In this document: one piece after another, positions 12,600-23,316 of the stretch
How positions within the stretch are numbered: the first letter of the stretch is position 1
Layout: the number at the start of each line of letters is the position of its first letter
Assembly (NCBI GenBank): GCA_040437565.1
Contig: JBDOQK010000007.1
Coordinates: 496,001 to 560,000, forward strand
Direction: 5' to 3'
Source: Albugo candida
Taxonomy: Eukaryota
Length of the DNA stretch: 64,000 nucleotides
Translations under genes and position numbers: made by a program
Notes under the pieces: model-generated
Told to the model about the DNA's origin: nothing
The model's input: the letters and a program-made list of their open reading frames with translations, nothing else
Database searches by the model: none

Positions 12600-14288
12600 C
12601 GTGATACTTCTATTGTGCCGACTTTGTGAAGAAAATGGTTCACTAACGATCAAGAAGAAACATCACGATCATTCAAGGGAACCGCCACAACGATTGTCGT
12701 CGACCGGTAATGTTTTGAAGAAGACAGAGCTGGGGAGCAGAGAGCTCAGGTGATACGAGTGAAAACAAGGTTATAAACACTACATCTGATCGATCTCTCA
12801 TCATTCATTTCGGTTTTGTAGGTGGCCCAGTCTTTTGCGTCATCATCCAGCCCCCGCTTATTGCCCACGACAGGGTAGCGGGCGGCGATTGGCGCTAATA
12901 CACTTGACCGTATTGGGAAAGCTTTTCGCCTACGTACGCGGCCAATACAAAGCGGACAAAGCGGTTCTCCAAAAAAGCTTCCGATCCATGCGCTTACCCT
13001 ATCATGACCGTGATATAATATCTCGAAGCCTGATTGGAATATACTATCATCACTGAGCAGTTTGGTCGGTATGTCGTCCATCTCCTGATGCTACGACTTG
13101 ATGCATAATCGTTACGTGTGTATCGTGTGAATCAAAAGACGTCATCCATGCATCGTTGTAAGTCAGCAGAACTTCGCGATCATCATCGGAGTAGCCGGCA
13201 ATGTATGAAATGAAAGATGCACGAAGTCAAGGTTTGCACAAGGTGTAAAGCAGCATCCTAGATTCTTTGATTAACATCATATTAATTACAATTAACTTAT
13301 TGCAGAACGATCTAGTTGCATTTACTAAACCTTGTTTCCATGTTTATATCTCTCGGGCTTCACTTCCAACGATATACTTGTTTGAATACAATTGATCATT
13401 CGCCACTGCCTCGCTTNNNNNNNNNNNNNNNNNNNNNNNNNNNNNNNNNNNNNNNNNNNNNNNNNNNNNNNNNNNNNNNNNNNNNNNNNNNNNNNNNNNN
13501 NNNNNNNNNNNNNNNNGGCTGTAGATGCAATTTTCCATCCATACACTGAGCCAGAGCAATTCGGTCGCAGTAGAGTCTTCACTGGATGCATATTCTTCGT
13601 GTTCTCCCTGACACTTTCTAATGTATCCTTCTCTCCAATCTCCAAAGACTCGAACCTAGGCTTGTCTGAATTCACTGTTTCTTCAGTCTTTGGTTCGCTT
13701 TCATCATGATCCATGCTGTAATTGCACTCTTTGATGGCACTGCGCGGCCCAAGTGATTTAAGGGAAACAGGCTCTGCATCCAACATAAATGTTTTTGGCT
13801 CTTCTTCCTCGACGCATGTTGTGAAACCCTTCGCCCCGTATTCCAAAACGTCGAACACATTCTTCTTCGAATCCGCTTTATATCTCGTCTCCGCTTCGTC
13901 GTAATCGTAATACGGGCTGTAGATGCAATTTTCCATCCATACACTGAGCCAGAGCAATTCGGTCGCAGTAGAGTCTTCACTGGATGCATATTCTTCGTGT
14001 TCTCCCTGACACTTTCTAATGTATCCTTCTCTCCAATCTCCAAAGACTCGAACCTAGGCTTGTCTGAATTCACTGTTTCTTCAGTCTTTGGTTCGCTTTC
14101 ATCATGATCCATGCTGTAATTGCACTCTTTGATGGCACTGCGCGGCCCAAGTGATTTAAGGGAAACAGGCTCTTCATCCAATATAAGATATTTCGACTCC
14201 TCTTCCTCAACGCATGTTGTACAATCCTTCGCCCCGCATTCCAAAACGTCGAACGAATGCTGCTTTGAACCCGCTTTATTTCTACGCT
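12600..14288. repeat. Segmental duplication copy A (paralogous to ~14900-17120)
   Basis: 12600-13416 aligns, with indels, to 14899-15322 plus 15944-16410; 13517-14288 aligns with ~16700-17120. Confidence 0.85.
13358..14288 (-). pseudogene. Truncated, frameshifted copy of the acidic repeat-protein gene with two 398-bp tandem units
   Basis: Units start at 13517 and 13915 (period 398, not a multiple of 3); each has a 4-bp deletion relative to copy B; the 5' coiled-coil part is missing and ~160 bp is deleted at the 3' end. Confidence 0.7.
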
Positions 14289-15322
14289 GACAATCTTATT
14301 ACCGTATTGGTGATGATTCGCTTCGTGCCGTGAAATAAGCACTTCATGTCTAGTTTCTTTTAAGTCTGTGTCCAGCTTGTAAATGGTGTAGAGTTGTAAA
14401 ATTGGGCAAAGGTACCGTGTTTTGGACTTAGTGTGTGCCACACTAAGCTAAACATATCCTTCCAATCAGGACTAGGATCCGAGTTGCACTTCCACTTCTA
14501 CTCACCGGTGCCAGACCCGCAGGGTTGATGTACAGCAATAAGTGACGTGGTCTGGTCACTCAAATGGTACTCTTATCTGATTCAGATCCAACACCCATTC
14601 ATAGAGTATCAGAATGCTGTCGACATCTTGCGATATTCAATATTCCTACAAGTATAAGCCGACTGCCGCGCCGGCAATCGCCTTCCTGGAGAAGAGATGA
14701 CCAGTCATCTGATGAAAAAACTCATACTGGACAGTATAAGACGACAGTCGTAATGGAGGCCGTGATGGACGATTTTGGCTTATTACGATACAAAACACAA
14801 TGCGGAAATTAGATACCGCCATACTCGTTCGCAAAAGTTCCTTCCTGGCTCGAGATATTTTGTTTGTCTACTTCTCAACTCACTATATGATGCTTATGAT
14901 ATACTTCTACTGTGCCGACTTTGTGAAGAAATTCGGTCACTGAAGATCAAGAAGAAACTGCACGATCATCCAAGGAAGTGCAACAACGATCATTGTCGAC
15001 CGTTAATGGTTTAGAAAAAACAGAGCTGGAGAACAGAGAGCTTAAGTTATACGAGTGAAAACCAAGTTGTATACACTAAATCTGATCAATATCTCATCAT
15101 TCATTACGGTACTGTAGGTGCCCCAGTCTTTTGCGACATCGTCGAACGCCCTCTTCTTTCCAATACCATGATCATGGGACTCATTACAAAGCTGCTGTCC
15201 ATGCGCTTACCCCATCATGACCGCGATATAATATCTCGAAGCCTGATTGGGATATACTATCATTACTGAGCTGTTTGGTCGGTATGTCGTCCATCTCCTG
15301 ATGCTACGACTTGAAGCATGAT

Positions 15323-15938
15323 TGTAGCGGAGCTACTCTAGCTCCTTGCCAGAGGAAGGCTATCTGCTCAACGGGCAACTTAGTTCTTTAAAAGAACTAG
15401 ACTCAACGAGTCAACAAGCTTTAAAGCTTGAGGTCCTTGTTCAAGGGACCTAATGATCCCGGGAATCGACAACACAGCACAAAGTGCACAAGATCTGAGA
15501 CGCCTGAAGCAGGCACGTGTCTCTAACTGATCTAAAGGCGAACTGTTCTTTATTTTTATCTCGAGCAGTACCTTACGCTAAACNNNNNNNNNNNNNNNNN
15601 NNNNNNNNNNNNNNNNNNNNNNNNNNNNNNNNNNNNNNNNNNNNNNNNNNNNNNNNNNNNNNNNNNNNNNNNNNNNNNNNNNNGGACCTAATGATCCCGG
15701 GAATCGACAACACAGCACAAAGTGCACAAGATCTGAGACGCCTGAAGCAGGCACGTGTCTCTAACTGATCTAAAGGCGAACTGTTCTTTATTTTTATCTC
15801 GAGCAGTACCTTACGCTAAACGTACCTAACCTAGGTACCAATATCCGGTGGCTGACACGCGTCAGCTCCTAACCCAAAGCGTCCCAAATGTGTACCGCAC
15901 TGCATAACAGTTAGTAACCGAAGTGTAACCCCGTTACA
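15323..15938. mobile_element. LTR-retrotransposon LTR (solo LTR, or a collapsed element across the gap)
   Basis: TGTAGCGG...CCGTTACA termini (TG..CA, 7/8 inverted repeat); 5-bp TSD ATGAT at 15318-15322 and 15939-15943; absent from the paralogous site at ~13105. Confidence 0.85.
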
Positions 15939-16193
15939 ATGATCGTTACGTGTGTATCATGTCAATCAAAAGACGTGATCCATGCATTGTTGTAAGTCAG
16001 CACTACTTGGCGATCATTATCGGAGTAGCCGGCAATGTATGAAATGAAACATGCACGAAGTCAAGGTTTGCACAAGGTGTAAAGCAGCATGCTCGATTCT
16101 TTGACTAACGTCATATTAATCACAATTAACTTATTGCAGAACGATCTAGTTGCATTTACTAAACCTTGTTTCCATGCTCATATCTCTCGGGCT

Positions 16194-17815
16194 TCACTTC
16201 CAACGATTCTTCTGACTTCGCAGGGTACCGATAGTATTTTCAAACACGTCGCTTGATATAAGTAGCTCACTCATCATAAGTACTTCTTCCAATTCAAAAG
16301 CTTTTAATTCATCTTCCTTAACGCGCATTCTCAATTCGTTCATCCTGCTTATCGAAACGTCGAGCATATACTTGTTTGAATACAATTGATCATTCGCCAC
16401 TGCTTCGCTTACATCCAAATCCGGTCTGTATATGCGTGTATCCATGGGAATACTCAGTTCGAGCAATTCGGTCAAAAAAGACTCTTCATCCAATATGAGG
16501 TATTTCGACTCTTCTTCCTCAACGCATGTTGTACACTCCTTNNNNNNNNNNNNNNNNNNNNNNNNNNNNNNNNNNNNNNNNNNNNNNNNNNNNNNNNNNN
16601 NNNNNNNNNNNNNNNNNNNNNNNNNNNNNNNNNNNNNNNNNAAATCCGGTCTGTATATGCGTGTATCCATGGGAATACTCAGTTCGAGCAATTCGGTCAA
16701 AAAAGACTCTTCATCCAATATGAGGTATTTCGACTCTTCTTCCTCAACGCATGTTGTACACTCCTTGCCCCGCATTCCGAAAAGTCGAACGTATGGTGCT
16801 TCGACCCCGCTTTATCTTTCTTCTCCGCTTCGTCGTAATCGTAATACGGGCTGTAGATGCAATTTTCCATCGACACACTGAGCCAGAGCAGTTCGGTCGC
16901 AGTAGAGTCTTCACTGGATGCATATTCTTCGTTTTTTTTCTCCTTGACACTTTCTGCTGTATCCTTCACACCAATCTCCAAAGACTCGAACGTATGCTTG
17001 TCTGTATTCACTGTTTCTTCAGTCTTTGGTTCGCTTTCATCATAATCCATGCTGTATTTGCACTCTTTGATGGCACTGCGTGATCCAAGTGGTTTCGGCG
17101 AAGCAGACTCTTCATCTGATTGATATTCTTTGTGGTCTTCCTCCACAGCGCACGTTCTGAACTCTTTCATTGGTGTCATCATCATAGACTTGGTTGGATC
17201 CAGATCGTATTTGGTATCCATTTCGCCCTCACCGTTGTCCAAGTTGCATGCGTTGCCCAAGCATGTCTTATTTGCTTCCACCCTCCGTCTAATCTGAGCC
17301 ATATCGTTCTTCGCCTCCTCAAGCTCCCTCATCAGCTGCTCCACCTTTTCTCTTTCTTCCTTGTTTGCCTGGGTAGCTTCGTTCATCTTGATCTCATTCT
17401 TGAGATTTCGAAGCACATTCGCATCCAGTCGCAGCTGTAGATCCTTGATTGTGCTATGAGCGGACCCAATGTACTTCATGGCGTCATCATAGTTCTTCGT
17501 CGTGTTGACCAGTGCGGATGACAAGTCCTCATTCCTCCTCTTGAGCTGACGTACTTCTTCAGCCGCTTGTTGAAATTTCGCTGTCGTATCCTTTAGCAAG
17601 CGCTCCAAGTTTTTCTCTTTCGCCTCCTGCTGGCTCGTTCTCGTTACTGGCCGCGCTGGAGTTGCTGTATTTCGATTGTTGCGGCGAGCCGTTCGAATTT
17701 GTTGACTCGATGAAGCTGGTAACGGTGCCGTCGGAGCCTTTCGAAGGATGTATCCTCCTCCAACACGCTTCATCATCGACGGCGTGGTTGTTGTAGTTCT
17801 TGATCTCGGCTGCAT
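16194..17815 (-). pseudogene. Lineage-specific coiled-coil plus acidic repeat protein gene with a 1-bp frameshift at ~16767
   Basis: ORF 17815-16697 continues in another frame to the stop at 16194; comparison with the paralogue (GCGAAG vs GCAAG) shows a single-base deletion; it could be a sequencing error. Confidence 0.55.
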
Positions 17816-19038
17816 ATTCTGTTTGAAGTCAAATTTCAGAGTGAGGAGAAAATACGTTCGTGGCACTTACATAGCTTCAGTCTCCTCAAGTCTCTTAGCA
17901 TGACGGTTTTTGACATCTCTCAATTATAGAGCCGATCATGTTGCTTGATATCTCATTCTGAACTGGCAATATCGATGCGGATAGTGCGTTTCGCCTTGTG
18001 AATATATCATCTCATAGAGTAGTTATACATGCCGTCTATCGCTGGCAAACCTGTCGAGAGCTCTCGATGCATCGATTCTTTGACCACCCAAGAGCTCTTG
18101 GGCTAAAAATAGTATAGGCTGACGATCGCTACAATATTTATCAATCCGATGAGCTTGATAGTCACGCTATTGTCTTGAGAGAATGGTAATGATTATGGCG
18201 TCGACATCTTTCTCATATGATGTGCCAAGACGTACGATATCTAAGGAATGATCAAATGCCGGGATGCATGAAAACAGCGACGTCAAAGTGGACATGTTCG
18301 GCGGCAATACTTGACCAAGTATATACCCGCATCTGGTGTCTCAGTTGCATGGAAGCTATCATTTTGTAGTCATCTATTTGCTTAGTTCTTTATGATGTCT
18401 AGCAATATCGTCTTCAACGACGAGCGATGTGGCTACGTGCAATTCAGAATCTTGTAGAACGAGAATTGGAGCATGACAAACTGAGCATATCCTTTCACAT
18501 GATAACGTCTTTATAACATACTTTGACATTCCGCTTTAGCAAACATGCAACTAAGAAAAGACACGCAACAATCAAAACAGCACGCTCATAAGTAAGGCTT
18601 GAAATCTTCATTTGTGGCATGCACTGCCAGGCAAAAACAACCATCGGCGAAACCTTCCTTCCTTGCTGTTTTCTCCTATAAGTATAAATTTTCCTCATTG
18701 CTCTTAAGAGACAATTTTTATTACCGTTACCGAATAGATTCGCTTCGTGCTGTGAAACAAACACCCCATGTCTTTGTTTCCTTTTTCATTCAGAGACTGT
18801 CGGGTCAAAAACCTAATTGAAAAGAAACCAGCTGTCACACCTTGAAGAAAGCCGGCATAACCGCGAAGCACAATTCCAGCTGTAGAATTCGACGTGCAGA
18901 TATTTATTGAAGAATTGTTGTCAACGAAGAAGCTCAATGATTTGATGAATCATATCGGTCAGCAAATGCGACCACTGAAGATTTGGAACAGTAGCTCAAA
19001 GTCTTCACTTCCGTAGTCAGAGTATGGGACCAGGGTCA

Positions 19039-19305
19039 CATGATCACAATAGATCATATCGATTTGGAAATGGTGGGGAACTTCATCCTTGATGCACACT
19101 TTCAATCATTAGAGTCTTGATCTTATGGTAGTCATGATAGTCAGGAAATGCAAGCTCCCTTGATATGGCGGGGTTGATTCAAGAGAGCTTGCATTTCCTG
19201 ACTATCATGACTACCATAAGAGCAAGACTCTAATGATTGAAAGTGTGCATCAAGGGGATGAAGCTTCCCACCATTTCCAAATCGATATGATCTATTGTGA
19301 TCATG
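19039..19305. repeat. Long inverted repeat / fold-back hairpin (~125-bp arms, 15-nt loop)
   Basis: 19039-19163 is the reverse complement of 19179-19305 with only a few mismatches and small indels. Confidence 0.95.
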
Positions 19306-20285
19306 CAAGAAATTCCCCGAGAGATTTGCGTCTGCTGTCTTGCCACGAGGAAGATGTTGCAGATCTTCGGGAGCATCTATGCAGGATGTCGAAGATAAAA
19401 ATCGCAGAGAAGCTTAGATTCCATGAAGACAACTGAAGATAACGCAACTTCAACTGGATCTGTTTTCATAGCGAAGATGTAATTAGTAACCATCTTTTGC
19501 TTATCTTCGCGCCACAAGCCTTTGCACATTAGTGATTGTGTGAAAAGCGTTGACAATAGGCAGTACAAGAACATTTTTGCTGCTGCATGACTCCCCCATT
19601 TTTCAGCGTATTTACAAATGCTGCATTGGTGTGGCCAATAAGTTTATGTCGTATCTTGATGCTTTTATCCGAGATGCCAAGACGAATCGTGTTAGAAAAT
19701 TGTTTTTCCAGAACATTCGACCTCTCCGGGAATATTTAAGCCATTCATGACATCTTTGACAGCTGTTTGATATGTCTATTACATGCGGCTTTTCTCGATC
19801 ACAGATGGACATGTGAACTGTCATGCTTCGTTCAGATACCTTTCTCCTCACCATATTTCGCCGTATGAGACAAAAAGAGTTGCTCCGATAATGCACCCTC
19901 TTGCTCTTCTTCAATTTCTGCTTGTAGCACTTCGGCGGTTCGATTCGATTCGATTCGATTCAAATTCGTGGTATAATTTTGATTGCGAAAGTCTTTCTTC
20001 GATTTAATCATTCAACGGGGCTTCGCATACGTTTCCTCATTCTCGTCAAGTACCCGAGAGATCATACACATCATTTGATGTGAATCCAACAAAATTTATA
20101 CCAAGATGCCCGACATGCTTGTTCAGCGACCACAGCTCGTTAAAAATACGTGCACGAAAGTGATGCGTGAGATTTAATATGATTTCTATAGCTCGATCTA
20201 TCGAGCAAAAGATGCATCGACGGCCGAAGAGTACAGCTAATTATAGCACGGTGACCGCCTATTCTGCGGCGATAACAGGTGACCA

Positions 20286-23086
20286 ATGGACAGCTTGGAT
20301 GATATACAGCTTGTCTACGATCCAAATCTGCTTGGTGCCACATTTATGGAGCAACGTGAATTGGATGGGGGAGACGAAGAACAAGCTGTTGTATCACCTA
20401 GATCTTCTGTCGCTCCTGCGTCGTTCTCTGACGCTGGGTACACGCTTCCTGATATAACATGGTTACAAGATTCACGGCAACTAAACAATGATATACTACC
20501 AAAGCATCAGAACAAGAATAGAGTTTGGTGGCAATTTTTACTGCCGAAGGAAAGCGCTTATCGGGGTCAACTTGCGTTATTTTCAAGTATTGTAGCAGTC
20601 ACCGGTATATTAGCTACCGCAGCGCTGGTGTTCCACAAAGAATTGGACAATATTTTAGAAATCAACTCGGGCTTATTACTTGGATCGTTTGGAACAATTG
20701 TCATGTGTTTGTCTATAATTGGGTCCAGCATCTTTGTTAAGAGACGTACAAAAAGACATTTGAATGCTCTTCTTTTGAATCTGGCTGTATTTGATTTTCT
20801 GATAGCGACAACATTCATCTTGGAGCCAGTATGGAATCACCTTGGTCTGGGAGTCAAAGGTCATCAAAGCTGCTATCACCTTTCTCTCATGCGGGAGTAT
20901 TTGATGACGTGTTCAACAGCCTGGTCGATATCGATGGCACTTGATTTGTTTTACCTGGTGCGTGTGCTAATCCATTATTTGCTCAGCTTATTATTCATAT
21001 TTCTGATGAGTAGATGACTGATCCATTCACTTCACCTCGCTTTAATCGCCGAAAATATCAATTCATATCACATTCCTTGGCCAGTATCAGTGTGATAGTG
21101 CTGGCTGCGCTCCATGAATTGGATGCAACTGTTGCTGTGGGTGACTTTTGCTGGATTGGATCGAAACAAGGAAGACCTCAGGATAAGCCAAATATGGTGC
21201 TGATATCAGTTTTCATCATTTTACCAATGCTGACTGCACTTTTCAGTAATCTGTACGTTTCATTTGTGTCCTACAGTCGATTTCGCAACGGTATAGCAGC
21301 CACAATACAAAATCGACAAAATTTGCTTCGGGAGGGTTCACTCACAACAATTGTTTTAGTGATCTACCTTTGCTTCACTTGGAGTGTCTATGGAGCATAT
21401 TGGATCGTTCATACAGACGATTTGAGAATGTGGTTGAGCCATTCTTTTTCTTTCATGTTGTCATACCGTGGAGTCGTCCCTTTCATCCTTTGGTCGATAT
21501 GCAATCAACCTACGAAGAAAAAGAAAAGGAAAACGATGGTAGCACACAAACAAGCAAGTGCAAGTGATGATACAGAAGAAACTTGGAGCCCGATCGGAAA
21601 TCATGCTGTCGTTTCTGAGCACCAGGCTCCTGGCAGTATAGATGATGCTCTTGATGAAGACATTGATGATGAAGATGACGCAAGACCTCAATTGAATGTT
21701 GCATTGTTAAAAGAGCTTGTATTTTACACGACGCAAGGAATTGTTCAGGCTGTACGACTCACCAGTTCGTCTGAAAAATCTGATGGCGTTTTTACACATC
21801 AGCAATGTAATCAGACTAGCAACATATTTGAAACACAGTCAGCATCTAATTTTTTCTCGACTACATATGTGACGGATGCATCCCGCAACTTCATTCTTCG
21901 TCCTTCACCTCTTGCCTCCTCCTCATCTCGATGCAAGTTCACAGCTTTCCATCCCGTCGAATTCAAAAAGATTCGCGAGCTCTTTAGCATTCATGATAAT
22001 GAGTTTATCTCATCCCTGTTTACCTGCACCACACCCAAAGTCAGCGAGGGCGCAAGTGGATCATTCATGTTCTCGTCATACGATCGTAGTTATATCGTCA
22101 AGTCACTCAGTCACCGAGAATCCAATTTTCTTCATCAGATACTGCATTCGTATATCGAGTTCATGACAACCAACCCCGGCAGTTTTCTGACACGCTTTCT
22201 TGGCAGCTATAGTATCAATTTGTATGAAAGCCGCAAAGTATATTTTGCTGTGATGGAGAATATATTTGACGTACAACACGGCATATCCATTCATCAAAGA
22301 TATGATATCAAGGGCTCGTGGATTGATCGCAATGCTGGTAAAGAAAAACGAGGTGCGGAGACGACATGCCGCCATTGCAATATGATTTATCGCTGCGGGG
22401 TGGGTCGGAATATATGCCCCAACAGGGCTGGCCGTCACGAACCAAATGTTGTGCTTAAAGACATGGATCTCACGACCAAGTTACGTTTTGGGAAAGAGGA
22501 GGGACTCCGTATTGTGAAGCAGCTGAAGCAAGATAGCGACTATTTATGTGAACAAGGCATCATGGATTACTCTCTTCTTCTGGGTGTTATAGACGTGAGC
22601 TATCAAGTCTCGCATCAGAATATATTGACCCGCGATGGTACTCCATTTCTGAATACCAAATCAGCTGTAGAAACAAATGAAAATACGAAAACTACGACGC
22701 GAGTGAAACAATCTCAAATGTGCCTGCACATGTCAGAAGTTGTCGTCGGTCCCGGCTTCTATTACATCGGCGTGATTGATATCTTGCAAACATGGAATTT
22801 TGAAAAACGTCTGGAACGATTCATCAAATCAGTGATACTGCGAAAGGATGCTGATGGCATTTCTGCGATACAGCCGAAGGCTTACAGGAATCGATTTCAC
22901 AAAAAACTGGATGAAATTATACATTTGGGCCACGTCGGTGCTATGAATAATAGTAAGAATCTCGATGGCGAAAGCGATTTTTGCGAACAGAAGAGTGCAG
23001 ATGTCAGATTACCAGTGAATGCATTTGTGGGTAGGCCAACAGATATTATCGATAAAGCAATCATATCAACAGAAGCTGTCAAGTAG
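20286..23086 (+). CDS. GPCR-PIPK: 7TM receptor-like domain fused to a phosphatidylinositol phosphate kinase
   Basis: Phase-0 intron 20958-21013 joins the TM region to the PIPK domain (GASGSFMF, YIVKSL, YDIKGS, MDYSLL, GVIDILQ); the linker LKELVFYTTQGI resembles the LRxGI motif of oomycete GPCR-PIPKs. Confidence 0.92.
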
Positions 23087-23316
23087 TGCGGTAAAGGGGG
23101 GTTGAGAAGCAGATTGGCTCTTCCATTTGGCTCGGGACTTGCGAGCAACTTATCGCTTAAGCTCAGGTATTGTAAATATCGAAGATCTCACTACATCGGA
23201 GACAAGCATCGAATTCATATGTTTGCGGTCAGTAACTTTCTTGGACAAGTTTCCAACATGCACGCGGTGACTCGATATAGATCGAGCTTTCACACTTGTT
23301 ATCTTGGTATCCAGCA

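Noticed and set aside
16417-16766. 125-bp direct repeat
   Set aside because: Identical flanks of the gap at 16542-16641
19937-19963. GGTTCGATTC resembling a tRNA T-loop/B-box
   Set aside because: Part of a (TTCGA)4 microsatellite; no cloverleaf or A-box upstream
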